A stretch of 63,945 nt of DNA, counting the filler, from Sphacelaria rigidula (lineage: Eukaryota), in NCBI GenBank assembly GCA_964200075.2. It is 3 parts of 3 records of this genome, joined end to end, with 100 filler letters (N's around TTAATTAATTAA, not from the genome) between each part and the next. Parts side by side here need not be neighbours in the genome. Positions count along the whole stretch, not along the records: positions 1 to 21,259 come from CAXNAA020000445.1; 2 more parts are not named here. One strand, given 5' to 3'. The position numbers and the translations under genes were made by a program. Each line of letters opens with the position of its first letter. Within the stretch, counting starts at the first letter, position 1. Below, piece after piece: positions 1-12,093 of the stretch. The notes beneath the pieces are model-generated. The model did not search any database. It was given only the letters and a program-made list of their open reading frames with translations, and was not told the DNA's origin.

Positions 1-1339
1 TCACCACAGCACTTGCTCCTCAACATCAGTACCCAACTCGGCGCTCACCACAACAGCAAACACCTCAGGTAATGCCTTCTTTTTAGTCCTCCAGCCCGCT
101 CCTGAGAAACAGAAGCACTCGAACCACAACTCAGTGCAAGCGTAGAGCATCCTTCCCTCTCGGACACTCCCTCCTTGCACCTTCAGTCTAGCTACACCTG
201 TCACCCCCATGGTGTAGCTCAACACGCCTCTAAAAGGTATATTCGCACCGCGAAACCAATGCGACAGATCCTCTGCCCCCACAGATGCTTGTGCATTCAC
301 AAACGGTCGTTCTTCAGTCGCTTTTACAGAGGAAATAAAAGGCAAAACGGGAACATCCATGCAGTCCCGCACAGCAACACCTCCCGATGGCACCACGCCA
401 TCCTCCTCCAGCACCTGACCGTACAGCGGCAAAGATACCAAATACGCCAAACCTGTCCATGCATACAGCAGTGTACACGACCACCCCAACACCACGCGAC
501 GCTCGTCGTCACGAATAGTGATCGCTAACAACATCACGAGCTTATAGGTCGCTCTGCGTCCCCGCTTCGCGCGGATCACACGCCCCTGTTGTTTCGACCA
601 TGCAAGGCGTGTCCACAGCTACGCGTTGCTCCGGCGGCAATTCCGCCAACCTGGCATCCACCTGTCCTTCAAGCAGACACCCCTGCGAATTATCTGACCG
701 ATCTCCCGCCATTTCACTGGCGCAGATAGAGTCACCATGAGCACGACAAGCTCCTTGCTCATCCTGCTCGCTCGCAGTACGCGAATAACACCCCCTGCAG
801 CTTCGAGCATGCAAGGAGTATCTCCAGCTACGCTCTAGTCCGGCGGCAATTCCGCCAACCCGGCATCCACCTGTCCTTCAAGTAGACACCCCTGCGAGTT
901 CTCTGACCGATCTTCCGCCCTGTCACTGGTGCAGATAGATTCACCATGAGCACGGTAAGCTCTAAGCTCACCCTGCTCGCTCGCCATCCACGAATAACAC
1001 CCCCCCCCGCAACTTCGAGCATGCAAGGAGTATCTCCAGCTACGCGCTGGTCCGGCGGCCACAAGCAACTGGGACCTCCGCCCACGAGTACTTGCTAATT
1101 TAATTGGCCCATGTAGGCCCCGCCCTCTCAACATCGCCAACAACAGCAGCAGTATCACCCATACTGGGTTTAGCCGCCACCCTCTGCTCAGCGCACTCCT
1201 GAACGAGAACAGCGGCAGCTGAGCTGCCTGCAGTCTGCTTGAGCCTCGTGACATATTCGCCCTCTCCAGCAGCAATACCAGCAGCATCCGAACCGATGCT
1301 TACCGTGGTACTGTCGGCGGGTGCGTTCTCATGCCTCCC

Positions 1340-1730
1340 CGCTTTGACAGACACGTGCTATGTCTCCTTCTCGCTCTGCACAGTGGAAACAGCTGCCCTG
1401 TATCGTGGTTCAAGACACGCCCTGCCGACTGCACGTTCGGCGGGTGCACTATCGCGCCTGTCCCCTCGGGCAGACACATGCTTCTCGGCGTTCATAGTGC
1501 AAGCATTTGCCCTGTATCGTTGTTTCAAACGCGCACCACCTACTGCACGTTCGGCGGGTGCACTGTCCTGCCTGTCCCCTCGGGCAGACACATGCTTCTC
1601 GGCTGTCACAGTGCAAGCATCTGCCCTGTATCGTTGTTTCAAATGTGCACCACCTACTGCACGTTCAGCGGGTGCACTGTCCTGGCTGTCCCCTCGGGCA
1701 GACACATGCTTCTCGGCTTTCACAGTGCAA
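1340..1730. repeat. 114-bp (38-codon) tandem repeat, about 3.3 units
   Basis: ccctgtatcg recurs with its G at 1400, 1514 and 1628. ORF 1358..1762 repeats KHVSARGDxxDSAPAERAVGGAxLKQRYRA. Related arrays at ~18845-19100 and ~19480-20040 (opposite strand). Confidence 0.9.
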
Positions 1731-1764
1731 TGCGTCCCACCGGACGGCGCATGCTTGCGCAACG

Positions 1765-4700
1765 TGTAGAGTATTCCATCTCCAGTACACGTACGTACAG
1801 GTTCATGATGATCTATACGTGGAACAATCTGCTGTAGGCGTTTTCTATTGGTTGACGGACTTGCGGGTCTGATCGGCAGACTATGTGGATTTGAACATCA
1901 CATGCTTCACGCATGTGGTTACTTCCGACAACGAAGGCTTTGTGTTTATGAATAACAAGTGTCTTGAAGTCTCCAGGCCCTAGTGAGGGAGGAAGCCCTT
2001 GGAGCAATCTTGTGACCTTGTTCTGAGTCCAGGAGGGCTCTATAATAAACGTTTATCAAGAGGAACCCGCTGGTTTCTGGAAGAGGTTTTCCAGCTGTGG
2101 GCAGCTGCGGAGAAATGATCTAAAACTTTGCACACAGGAGTGTGCACTTTGTGACGTGAGGGAGCTCACTGACAGCGGAGAGACGGCTAGGTTGGCTGGA
2201 ACTGTTGCGTGCAGCTATGGCAACGCGCAAGAAAGTGGGTGATGGCGATGCAGGTGAAGAGGTGAAGTTTAAGTTTACGGAGCTTATGCCTGCAGGATAG
2301 CTGAAAGCCCCAGAGTACTGACGGCATTTTAGCGAAAATGCGTCCCGACGTTTTTATCAGAAATACGTCGAGTATGAAGAGGCAGTCAAAATGAACAACA
2401 AAGGGCGTAGCATGCAGGCCGTCTTACTGACTGTTACTGAACCGGTGCCGAGGCACATCCGTGCGTGTTTGTCACGCGCGAGTTTTGACGGATCTGTGCT
2501 TGACAAAGATGCTCCCAAGGAGGCTCTAGGCCGACATGCGAAATGTTGGCGGGATGAAGAGATTGATCCTTCAGTTGCTGCTGCTGGTGTGCGGAAGCAT
2601 TGGCTGCCCGCAACGAGCAAACTGCAATGGGGTGCCCTGGAGGAATTCGTGAGCCTGTACGGAACAGAGCGAGCATTTTTAGGCGAGTGCTGCATGGTTG
2701 TCCGCCTGATCGCGTCGAGCCCTTGAAGGTGAAATTCAAACCTGCTGCTGTGGAGGCAAAGGCTCGGCCGAGGGCGTACTTTCCGGTCAGGATGGCGTGG
2801 TTGGCACGCTGCATCGCAACATTGGTGGCGCTCGGGCTCGTGTACTGCATTTTGCAGGTAGAGTGGGCGAGAGCGGCGATTGCAACGCCCGAGAAGTCCT
2901 GTTTTCGCTGGATGAGTGCATACAAGGCGGGGGAGAAAGTTTCCCATGACCACAAGGCGGTGGGTGGTACATGGTGCTCGCCCAGGGAAGGTTTTTCATT
3001 TCAATTTTCTTAGTGTTGGCGAGGGTGGCCCGCTGGGAGATAATGGCTTGGACAAAGGAGATCGGTTCAAGTACATATTTGTAAGGATGGATGACCCGGG
3101 CGACTTCGTGCGGTTGGAGCCCGCGGAGTCGTGTACAGCGGCAACGACGGTAAAGCATCTGTTGACATGGTGCAAAGCGCTGGGGCCGCAGGAGGGATGG
3201 GTCAGCGATACGGTATCGCAATATGAGAATCGTGTGGTGAGAGTGCTCAAGAAGGCGCTGATGGATCGCAGATTCGTAGTGGCCAATTCGCGGTTGTCAC
3301 ATCGTGAATGTAAGCGAATGGTGCGTGACAATGTTCGTACCTTGAAGGTCATAATGCAGAGAGGAAGACTCGATGCCAACACCTGGGTGGGTTCGGTACC
3401 TGCCGTGCAGTGGGCATTGCACACTGGTTCTCGGGACAGCTGTGAGAGCTGTAGCTGCATCGATGCGAGGAGCGACTGTTGAAGTGAAAATGCTACTCTA
3501 CGGTGTGGACGAAGTTGTAGCCGGAGAGCTGCTGTTTCTCAGGAGGAGCGCAGGAGAATTACATGGCGGGCATTGCCTGAGGTACTCAATGTTGCGGTGA
3601 GCGCCGGGTTGGGTGATGTTAAGGAGCAAGTACTAGTGGAAATACTTGTTGAGAATGAGGAAGCACATTGTGACTTGTATACCTGAATCGTTGATTGTAG
3701 GTGGTGGTGATGTCGTTCCTGGACTTGTCTGTTGTGTTGCGCTGGTTGGCACGCATGATACATGGTGCTTTCTGCAAAGAAGCTGCTGAGTAAAATATTA
3801 GCATGGATGTGTGACTGATGTGCATGGTGTCTGATGAAGAGTCAGAGTGAGGCAGTTTTCAATAAACTGCTGTGTGCTGAATGAAAAAAAGCTCGTATAT
3901 TTTTGTTCGTGCGTAAAGTGGAATCACCTTTGTGCGGTTTACAGAAACTGACTTTAGGAGATGGCGATTGCTGCTGCTGGCGTGAAAATGGGCGGAAACT
4001 ACGAAATGCGTAGGCTTTTATGTGAACAAGTATAACGTGAGTATTTCCAGAAGTTAACGATAAACGAAATCGTGCGCGAATTCAGTGATTTTTTACTGTG
4101 GTACATCTTTGATGGCTTGTCGTGTGTTTGGATAAGCGCATAGATGTTGTTTCGCCCTGAAAAACGGAGAATGTGGATGGTGTACCTATTTTTCTGGAAG
4201 GAGCACCGCGTATTTGTTCTGAGGTGCGTCAGTTGGAACTGAGTCAAAAGGTGTGTTCACGGTTGTAGGCAAAGTACGGTGTCAAGCTTTGAGTGCATGG
4301 TATGATCGAATGCTACGGTTTGAAATGGTATTATCCTTGACGCATTTGCTTTGTGTGAGCATGCCACGACTGGAAATTGCCGTTGAATGAATTATTGACT
4401 TAACTAAATTCGATTGAGACGCTGTGTTCAAGTGAAGTGTCGTTGTTCAGCGCTTTGCGAATGATCATTTTCTTTGTGAACATGACATAGCATGGTCATG
4501 TGTGACCAACAGGCGGACAAAGGTAGCATGAACGTGTTTGTCGGTGTCTAGTGTTTGTCAAACTCGCTTTCTACATCGAGTAGTGCGGAATTTTGGGGGT
4601 GCTGTAGAGTAGTCCCCCTCCAGTACACGTACGTGCAGGTTCATGATGATCTACATGTGGAACAATCTACTGTAGGCGTTTTCTATTGGTTGACGGACTT

Positions 4701-4882
4701 GCGGGTCTGATCGGCAGACTATGTGGATTTGAACATCACATGCTTCACGCATGTGGTTACTTCCGATAACAAAGGCTTTGTGTTTATGAATAACAACTGT
4801 CTAGAAGTCTCCAGGCCCTAGTGAGGGAGGAAGCCCTTGGTGCAATCTTGTGACCTTGTTCTGAGTCCAGGAGGGCTCTATT
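1765..4882 (+). mobile_element. Internally deleted Ty3/Gypsy-derived LTR element (LTR type C), both LTRs and TSD present
   Basis: 280-bp direct repeats at 1765-2044 and 4603-4882 (TGTAGAG...CTCTATA/CTCTATT). 4-bp TSD AACG at 1761-1764 and 4883-4886. PPT-like tgggggtgc directly before the 3' LTR. Internal relics of gag (~2230-2700), RT N-terminus (~2700-2940) and integrase core (2980-3430: FHFNFLSVG, WVSD, ECKRMVR, AVQWALHT). Confidence 0.9.
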
Positions 4883-5678
4883 AACGCGAAAAGTAACTGC
4901 TCGTCCTCAACATCATGATCATGTTTCAAGAACGTGTCACACAGGCATCTCGCAATATGTTTCGGCATGAGCTCAGAAACTGCTTCCACCTCAAAGAGTT
5001 TTGTCCACCGCGCGTTCACCTGATACACATCTCGCAAATATTGCTTGTATTTGCGTAAAAACTCGGCCGATTTCTCGCTCGAAAACTTGCGGCCTTAGTA
5101 CGGTTTTTCCAGTGCCAGTACAGGAACAACACGGCCATCGACGATGACATATTCCTGCACCTTATCCATTTCGGTCAGCAGTACAGCACTCCACACCGCC
5201 TTTTTGAAAAACGAAGTCGTCTCCCACTCACAGGAACAACAACTCTCTCCTTACACCGAGACGCGCTGTACCACCTTACAATGACAATGGCCACAGCGCG
5301 TCTTTCTCACGCAGGTCTAGCCACGTGTTTGAAGTCCTTATACTCCTCTTCCTAGCCGTACCTGGCCAAGCGTGGAACAAGCAACTCTCGCTGGCTCAAC
5401 CAGGCAGTAATCGTTCCGCTTTTTTGGAGCGCTCACGGACTCGCCAGCTGTCGATGAACGCCCCGCACCTCACGCACGAGCGATACCACAGCCCGCCCTA
5501 GCACTCACACTGCCTCAGAACCTCCTCGGCTCTACTTCTTCAACTCCTCACGACGTTAACACGCCTTGAGCTGGTCTTATTTGCTGCAAACTGATCAGGC
5601 CTGCAGCCTTCCCTATCTTGAACTTTCAGCTGCTTTTTGCGGACCTACCACTAGTCAGCGGACTAAATGAACGTTCAT

Positions 5679-5935
5679 TGTAGACTTCTGTCACTCAACA
5701 TCAGATTGCCATGTGGACTCCTCCCATCACGGGCACATCGACTTCAGCAGCTTTGGTTATTCATATATAAACCCTCAGCACAGTACAGGAGAACAGGACC
5801 ATAGCCTCTCTCCACGAGAGTAGCAAAACCGGGCCTACTCTTCATGGAGGTCACCATCACAAAGTCCGGCGATCAGACCCGCAACTCCACCTACAATCTC
5901 CCTGACCTTAGGTAACAATGGTGGCTGGGTCTACA
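5679..5935 (-). repeat. LTR type A (5' LTR of the element extending leftwards)
   Basis: 257 bp bounded by the inverted termini TGTAGAC...GTCTACA. Similar to 8765-9021, 9863-10119, 21214-21259 and 28125-28433. Confidence 0.9.
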
Positions 5936-7872
5936 TGTCACTGAAATTACGAGGGGTGACATCATTCACTCGGGGGTCGGTCTGATTGAGGATGATCAAG
6001 AATTCAGGTTGTTCGGCAAAGATCCTGAAACTAGATCGTCAGCTAACAAAACCTTCCTGTTTCCCGGTGAATTTAGGTATGGTGGCTCTTGCCCTGCTCC
6101 TGACGAAGGGAAAACTATAAATTATTTCATCATTCTCACTGGTTTTCCAATGTTCCGAAGTCATCTGACGCGGACGCCGCGTGCCTACGTCCTGGTCAAT
6201 GTACTCTCGGCCAGAAAAGCGCGTACGCTCTCCATCGACCGCAGAACCCCTCGCAGTTGCCTCTGCTGCTTGTTGGGATACAGGACCATTTTCTGCAAGA
6301 CTTACGCCTCGTCTGGATTCCCGGTCTCGGGAACGTTCTTCCCCGATCCCTGCCTCAGCGGTTCCTCCTCTGCCGCGAGCAAAACTTCCTTCCGAGCCAG
6401 CTTTAGTAGCTTTCTGCATGTTGGCTAGAGATTGTCTAATCAGTGTTTAGATGTTCCCGCTTACAGTCGCCGAAATGCGTTGCATGAGTTTGTTTTCGCG
6501 CCTCTGCTCCTCGTGGTCGGCATCGACGATGTCTTGACGTTACTCCTCTTCGTCGTTGACATGCGAATCTGCGGAATGCTCCATCTCTTCAGTCATCTGC
6601 ACAGGTGATCAGTCTGCGCAGTAGATGGACTGTGAAGTCCCAGACGCTAGGTTGTAGAATGAATAAACCCAGTGTTTGAGTAACACAGAGCTGTTGCAAT
6701 GCACAAATTACACCAAAATATTGCAGTCCTCGGGAAGGAAACGAAACGTAGTGAGCATCGCTGCAAACATTACTGTACTGCATTTGCTTTATTAGCGGCG
6801 GCATATCTCCCGTTTGGCAAGATATCACAGCAATACCTATCGACGTGATACAGTATCATGAATACTCTAGATATCATGTGCGCTGACACACGCCCCTACG
6901 AACGAATGCACTTCGAGCGCACGAACAAATACACTCCGAGCGCAAGCACAAACAGAGTGAACACTGATGTTCAGTGGAAGCACGAGAAGGGGATCAGCGA
7001 ATAAGAGCAGTACGAAATCAAGTTCAGACAAAATGCTGACTTGGAAAAGCTGCAGAGAACAAAATGACCCCAAAGAAGACGGACCCTAGACTCACGTGGA
7101 GACGATTTTTTCGTTTCTCAGATGTCCAAGTGCAAAGGATGGTCGAGATAAATGATGGCTCGGATGCTTGTAGGATCCGCTGAGACGTGCATAAAGAAAA
7201 ACGCTTCGCAACGCCACGGCATGCCCCAATGCCCATAACACCCATGCAGAATACAGCGCGGAAAGCAATGTACTTCAAACCGAACCAGAAACGGAACATG
7301 TCGTGAGTCCAATCAAAATACAAGAGAGAAGAGGATCAGCAAATGAGATGTAATCTAAAATCAAGCAACAACGAAATGCTGGCTTGAGGAGCTGCAGAGA
7401 ACAAAATGACACCTGAGGAGAGGTACGGTAAACAAACCTGTCTGGAATTAGAACAAGGTCACACTGCTGCTCCAGAGTCTTCCTCCCTGTCACGGGCTCC
7501 AGAGACTTCAAGACTCAAGCAGTCATACAAACAGCAGTCTTCGTTAAAACCACAAGTGATCCTTCTTCGCTACCCTCGCAAACAAAATATGCTACGCATT
7601 TGATAATCATCTTCCAACCCATCGTCACAAGATCCAAACTGATATCCATATATTACCCCACTCCTCATGCTAGAGTTGCTACTGTACTTTCTTTACGGCA
7701 TCCCCACGCTACGTTCTACTTGACGGGAGAAAACGAGCTTGATCATCAGTAGACGCCGACAATAAAGCTCGGATGTCAACAAAGAACAATCATGCAAACG
7801 ATAACCAAGCGGTATACTCGACGAACACCAGTCGCATGATACAATCCATCCACAAAGTACCTAGACAACCAG

Positions 7873-8124
7873 TCACAGCTTGATACTATACTTGGCCTTC
7901 AGACGCTCCCGTATCTCCTTATTCAGTTTCAACGTCCGCAGTTCAGATCGTACAAACTGCGGCGCTCCTCTCAAAATGACATCCAACGGCTCCCATGAAC
8001 TTTCGTCCTCATCGAAACCTACCCATTCCACACGTACATTGTAGCCATCTCCTTCGTGTGTCTCAGATATCCCGGCGATGGCCTCCATCTCAAACTCTCC
8101 TTGAGCATATGCATGCTGGAACAC
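7873..8124 (-). pseudogene. Chromodomain at the C-terminus of a Gypsy integrase
   Basis: FEMEAIAGI...YNVRVEWVGFDEDESSWEPLDVI fits the chromodomain pattern (F/Y-E-V-E-x-I...Y-x-V-x-W-x-G-F/Y...S/T-W-E-P) and lies downstream of the integrase. Confidence 0.9.
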
Positions 8125-8764
8125 CTCCTTCGGATCCGCGGTGACCTCCAGTTCGTTTTCCGTTTAGTACCGAAGACGTGCGACATGCGCGTCCTTTACC
8201 TTGCCATTCACGATATTCTGAATCTCGTAGACATGTTTTTGCTTCGCTGTTACGATCCCCCAAGGCCCTGTCAACGTACTTACGAGTTTCGGCGTTGTTC
8301 GTGAGCGCCTAACCCGCGCAGCCAACACATGATCACGCGCCATGAATTTGGCAACTGCCCCTTACTAGCAACACGTCATTGCGGTTCACGAGTCTTCTCA
8401 ACACACTGCACCACTTCCTTGTGCAGCGCTTGCTGCGCCTCCACGACTGATGCCACCTTCTCCCGTAGCATGTGCTCATCCAGCACATCGAGTCGCCAGT
8501 CGCCGACGGTCGACGATGCCAGGGTCGAAAACCTTGTGCGCGGCGTCCGTCCTAACATCACATGGTATGGCGTACTTGCGTAGCGCTCGCGGAATGCCGT
8601 GTTCAATGCCCACTGTACGGCAGGCACCAGTCCCACCCAGTCACGAACGTCGCGCCTCTCTTCTTGCAGCATGACCTTCATAGTACGGACAACCTCTCGC
8701 ATCATCCTTTCACACGTACCATTTGACCACGGCGAGTTGGTGACCGCGAACGTCCTGTCCAGCT

Positions 8765-10119
8765 TATAGACTTCTGTCACTCAAGATCTCATCGTCATGT
8801 GGACTTCTCCCATTACGGGCACATGGACTTCAGCAGCTTTAGTTATTCATATATTAACCCTCAGCAGAGTACAGGAGAACAGCACCATAGCCTCTCCACC
8901 AGAGTAGCAAAACCGGCTCTACTCGTCATGGAGGTCACCATCACAGAGTCTGGCAATCAGACCCGCAACTCTACCTACACAATGTTCCTGACCTTAGGTA
9001 ACAATGGTTGCTAGGTCTACAGCACCCCCAAAGCTCTTTACTACCAACAAGTAGTTACATCAGAGCTTGACAAACTCAGACAAGATTGGTGCCTGATAGT
9101 ACCGTCGTTTTCCGCAAAGAATAGCACTCTCTTCCGCTGCTTTCGACAACAGCTCCATCCATACAAGCTTGCCCCACTTCCGAACAACTCGTGAGGGATC
9201 CCAAGAAAATATCGGCCACATGGACTTGAAATCACGCTACTTGCACCACTTCGAGTTACAAAGCGATAGCCATCGCCAAGTTCGCAAATCTTCGCCAAAA
9301 ACAAGTCTCTTGGCTCTTCATTGCCACTAAACCGCAAATGTCAGCGAACGTCAAATTCCAGAGCATTCGTGACTCATCGTCCCTTTCACCCGAGACGAGT
9401 TTCTTCTCGACATTTAAAATGCACTCTTGTACGTTCAACACCTGCGCGACGGAGTGCAACAGCCAAATGATATATCATCCTCACGCTAGAAGGAAATATG
9501 CACCCAACACGTCTAAAACGCACCTGGCCTTTTGCTCCTGCAACACCGTAAACAACGTATGCATCGCATGCCTCTGCGCCGTCAGAGCTTCAGTGCTTCA
9601 ACTTGCCATCATTTTCTGGAACGCTCTTGGGCTCGCCAGCTGTCGATGAACGCCCCGTACCTCACGCACGAGCGATACCACAACCCGCCCTAGCACTGCC
9701 TCAGAACCTCCTCGGCTCTACTTCTCCAACTCCTCGCGACGTTAACACGCCTTAAGCTAGTCTTGTTTGCTGCAAACTGATCAGGCCTGCAGATTTCCCT
9801 ATCTCAAAGTGTCAGCTGCTTTTTGCGGACCTACCGCCTTAGCGGACTTAATGAACGTTCATTATAGACTTCTGTCACTCAAGATCGGATCGCCATGTGG
9901 GCTCCTCCCATCACGGGCACATGAAGTACAGCAGCTTGAGATATTCATACATTGAACCTCAGTTTAGTACAGGAGGACAGGACCATAGCCTTTCTCAACC
10001 AGAGTCGCAAAACCGGCTCTACTCGTCATGGAGGTAGGTCACCATCACAGAGTCCGGCAATCAGACCCGCAACTCCACCCACAATGTCCCTTAGGTAACA
10101 ATGGTGGCTGGAGCCTACA
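8765..10119 (-). mobile_element. Complete non-coding TRIM-like LTR element (1355 bp, LTR type A) inserted into a Gypsy integrase
   Basis: LTRs at 8765-9021 and 9863-10119. 4-bp TSD AGCT at 8761-8764 and 10120-10123. Removing it restores the integrase peptide ALEKALKL-DRTFAV. PPT-like tttgggggtgc at 9022-9032 (- strand). No recognisable coding domain inside. Confidence 0.92.
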
Positions 10120-11334
10120 AGCTTCAGCGCCTTCTCCAGTGCTCGCATCATATGGTTCTTAAAATGTGACGCGGAGTCACTCACCCAGACCTCCGGCGGG
10201 CCCAACGCCTTGCACCACGCCAACAGATGCTGCACCGTCGCTGCAGCTGTACAAGAATCGGTGGGCTCCAACGATACGAAATTGCACAGATCATCCGTCA
10301 TTACAAATATATAGTTGTACCCGTCGCCTTCATCCAGGCTGCTTTCGCCCAGCGGACCACTTTCGCCAACGTACAGATAGTCAAAATGCATCACCTCGCC
10401 GTACCGTGTGTCATGCACTGTCTCCCCTAGTGGTCGCGGGACCGTTTCACCCGCTTTCGAGTCTACAACACAATGCGAGCATTTCCTCACAAAATCTGTC
10501 ACATGAGCTTCCATCCGAAACCAATAGCAACACTCTTGCAGCCGCTGCAGCGTCACCGCAATACCCCGATGGCCCGCCCCCTTCATGTGAGCACACACCA
10601 TCAAGCGTGTTTGCAGCTCTTTTGCTTGCGGCGGGATCCACAACACATTCCGCCCTGCTACATGCACGCGAAATAAACCCTCACCGTCTTTCGAAACTCG
10701 CCCAACAGCTGCTCCAAAGGTAGGGGCCCTAGCAATCATCACTCCGAACCCGGCAGCGTTTCATCAGGCTGACCGCTCGCGAACACGGCCGCAGCACGCA
10801 CACACTCCGCCGGAACGTCTACCCACCTTGACAATAAATCTCCCCAGCTGTTGCGTTCACCAGGAAATAATCGTACTGCCCAAGTACAGCCTTCCATTGC
10901 TCGAGCCTCTGGGCAGCAGTTTTACATACAGATGCCACGCACACCTCGGGGTTGAAAATGTATGCTAGATGAAGATGATCGGTGAATATATGTACCCCAC
11001 CCCATAGAAGATACTCCAACCTACGGAAAGTACTTACAATCGTATAGCCTTCCTTGTCCACCATAGCCCAACGAACCTGCGCTCACGAAAAGTTCTGCTA
11101 AGAAACCTCATCGGCTCATGGCTCATCTCTTCCACCGCCAATGTACCACCCAGCTCATCCTTCGGCACCTGCATAAAAACTTCCCCAGGGTAGATCCGAT
11201 GCATCTGGAAACATGAGCACCTCATACCCCTGCTTGGGATATGACAAAGCGACGGCGTGCGCCACCAAATCTTGCGCCTCGTGCCACGCCTGAGCACGCC
11301 TGGACGTCCATCCCAACTCCTCGATTGTCCGGTG

Positions 11335-12035
11335 TGACGACACTCGAGACCGTTTGCCCTGTTATTGCCGTTTTGGATTTGGGGGCTGGCGTCATTTTCA
11401 TGTCCGAAAAAGTGGCCGCCCAGTTGCAAGCAGTGTTCCCTGATGTGCCAGTTGTCACGAGTATGACTCGTGCACACCCCGTGAAACTAGCTGATGGTCA
11501 TGTACGGAGTATGCAGTCGAACACATGCCTAGTGCGCACCGCTCTGCACACCAGCTGGGGGCCGGTAGTGTTTGATCCGTGTCAGTATGCGGTTATGCTA
11601 GGTGCCGATGATGTGATGATCATCGGGAGCGGTACGCCGGATGCCATGGGCATTGACGTGTATAGTGGGCTGGACGCATGCGCACGCTCAAGACACGCGT
11701 TGGTGAGAGGTGTAGATACGCCTGAATTCCGAGAATATAGACGTGTGAGCATTGCGATTGAGGCGTTGCAAGATCCAGGCGGACAAGAGGAGCCTGTGGA
11801 TCCCTTCATCGAGCGATTGACGTCGCGTGGACTCGAGATGAACATGACTCCAAAGGAGGAGCTGGTTGAGCGTCGTCTTGCATAGGATCATACGGTACAG
11901 GTGGCTGCGGACAAGAGGATATCGGCGAGCGGCGTTGGTAAGCTTCGGGAAGTTGTTGGGCACCGTGTCAACGCTTTTCGGCGAGCACTGCGCGGTGATC
12001 CGCCTGCTCGTGTATAGCCATTGAAGGTGAGATTC
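11335..12035 (+). pseudogene. Gypsy aspartic protease and pre-RT relic
   Basis: ORF 11241..11885 contains AVLDLGAGVIFMSE (degenerate DSG motif), VKLADG and DVMIIGS. Homologous to the - strand copy at 16086-16580 (AVLDSGAG). Confidence 0.8.
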
Positions 12036-12093
12036 CATGTGCGGCTTCGAAAATTCAATCCAGAAACGACAAGTTTCCTGAATAAACATCTAC

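Larger units (their letters stand above)
1..5935 (-). mobile_element. Non-autonomous, decayed LTR retroelement (LTR type A), 3' part outside the window, interrupted by a nested element at 1765-4882
   Basis: 5' LTR at 5679-5935. Gag-like relic at 4887-5170 (ELMPKHIARCLCDTF resembles ELVPKHIQNCVSDTIF of the gag at 17682-18032). Sequence either side of the nested insertion joins up as in the uninterrupted copy near 19120-19180. Internal segments recur at 18480-21213 and 30070-30770. Confidence 0.7.
7431..11324 (-). mobile_element. 3' half of a chromodomain-bearing Ty3/Gypsy element (RNase H - integrase - chromodomain - 3' LTR type B), decayed, interrupted at 8765-10119
   Basis: RNase H relics at 10819-11324 (MFPDASD, FTDH, AAQRLEQW). 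Integrase zinc-binding and core at 10120-10742 (CAH..GHRG..C..C, HFDYLY, WVSDSASHF), continuing at 8376-8764 (SPWSNGTCERM, AVQWALNT, TPY). Chromodomain at 7873-8124. PPT-like gcgtggggatgc (- strand) next to the LTR at 7431-7697. Confidence 0.88.
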
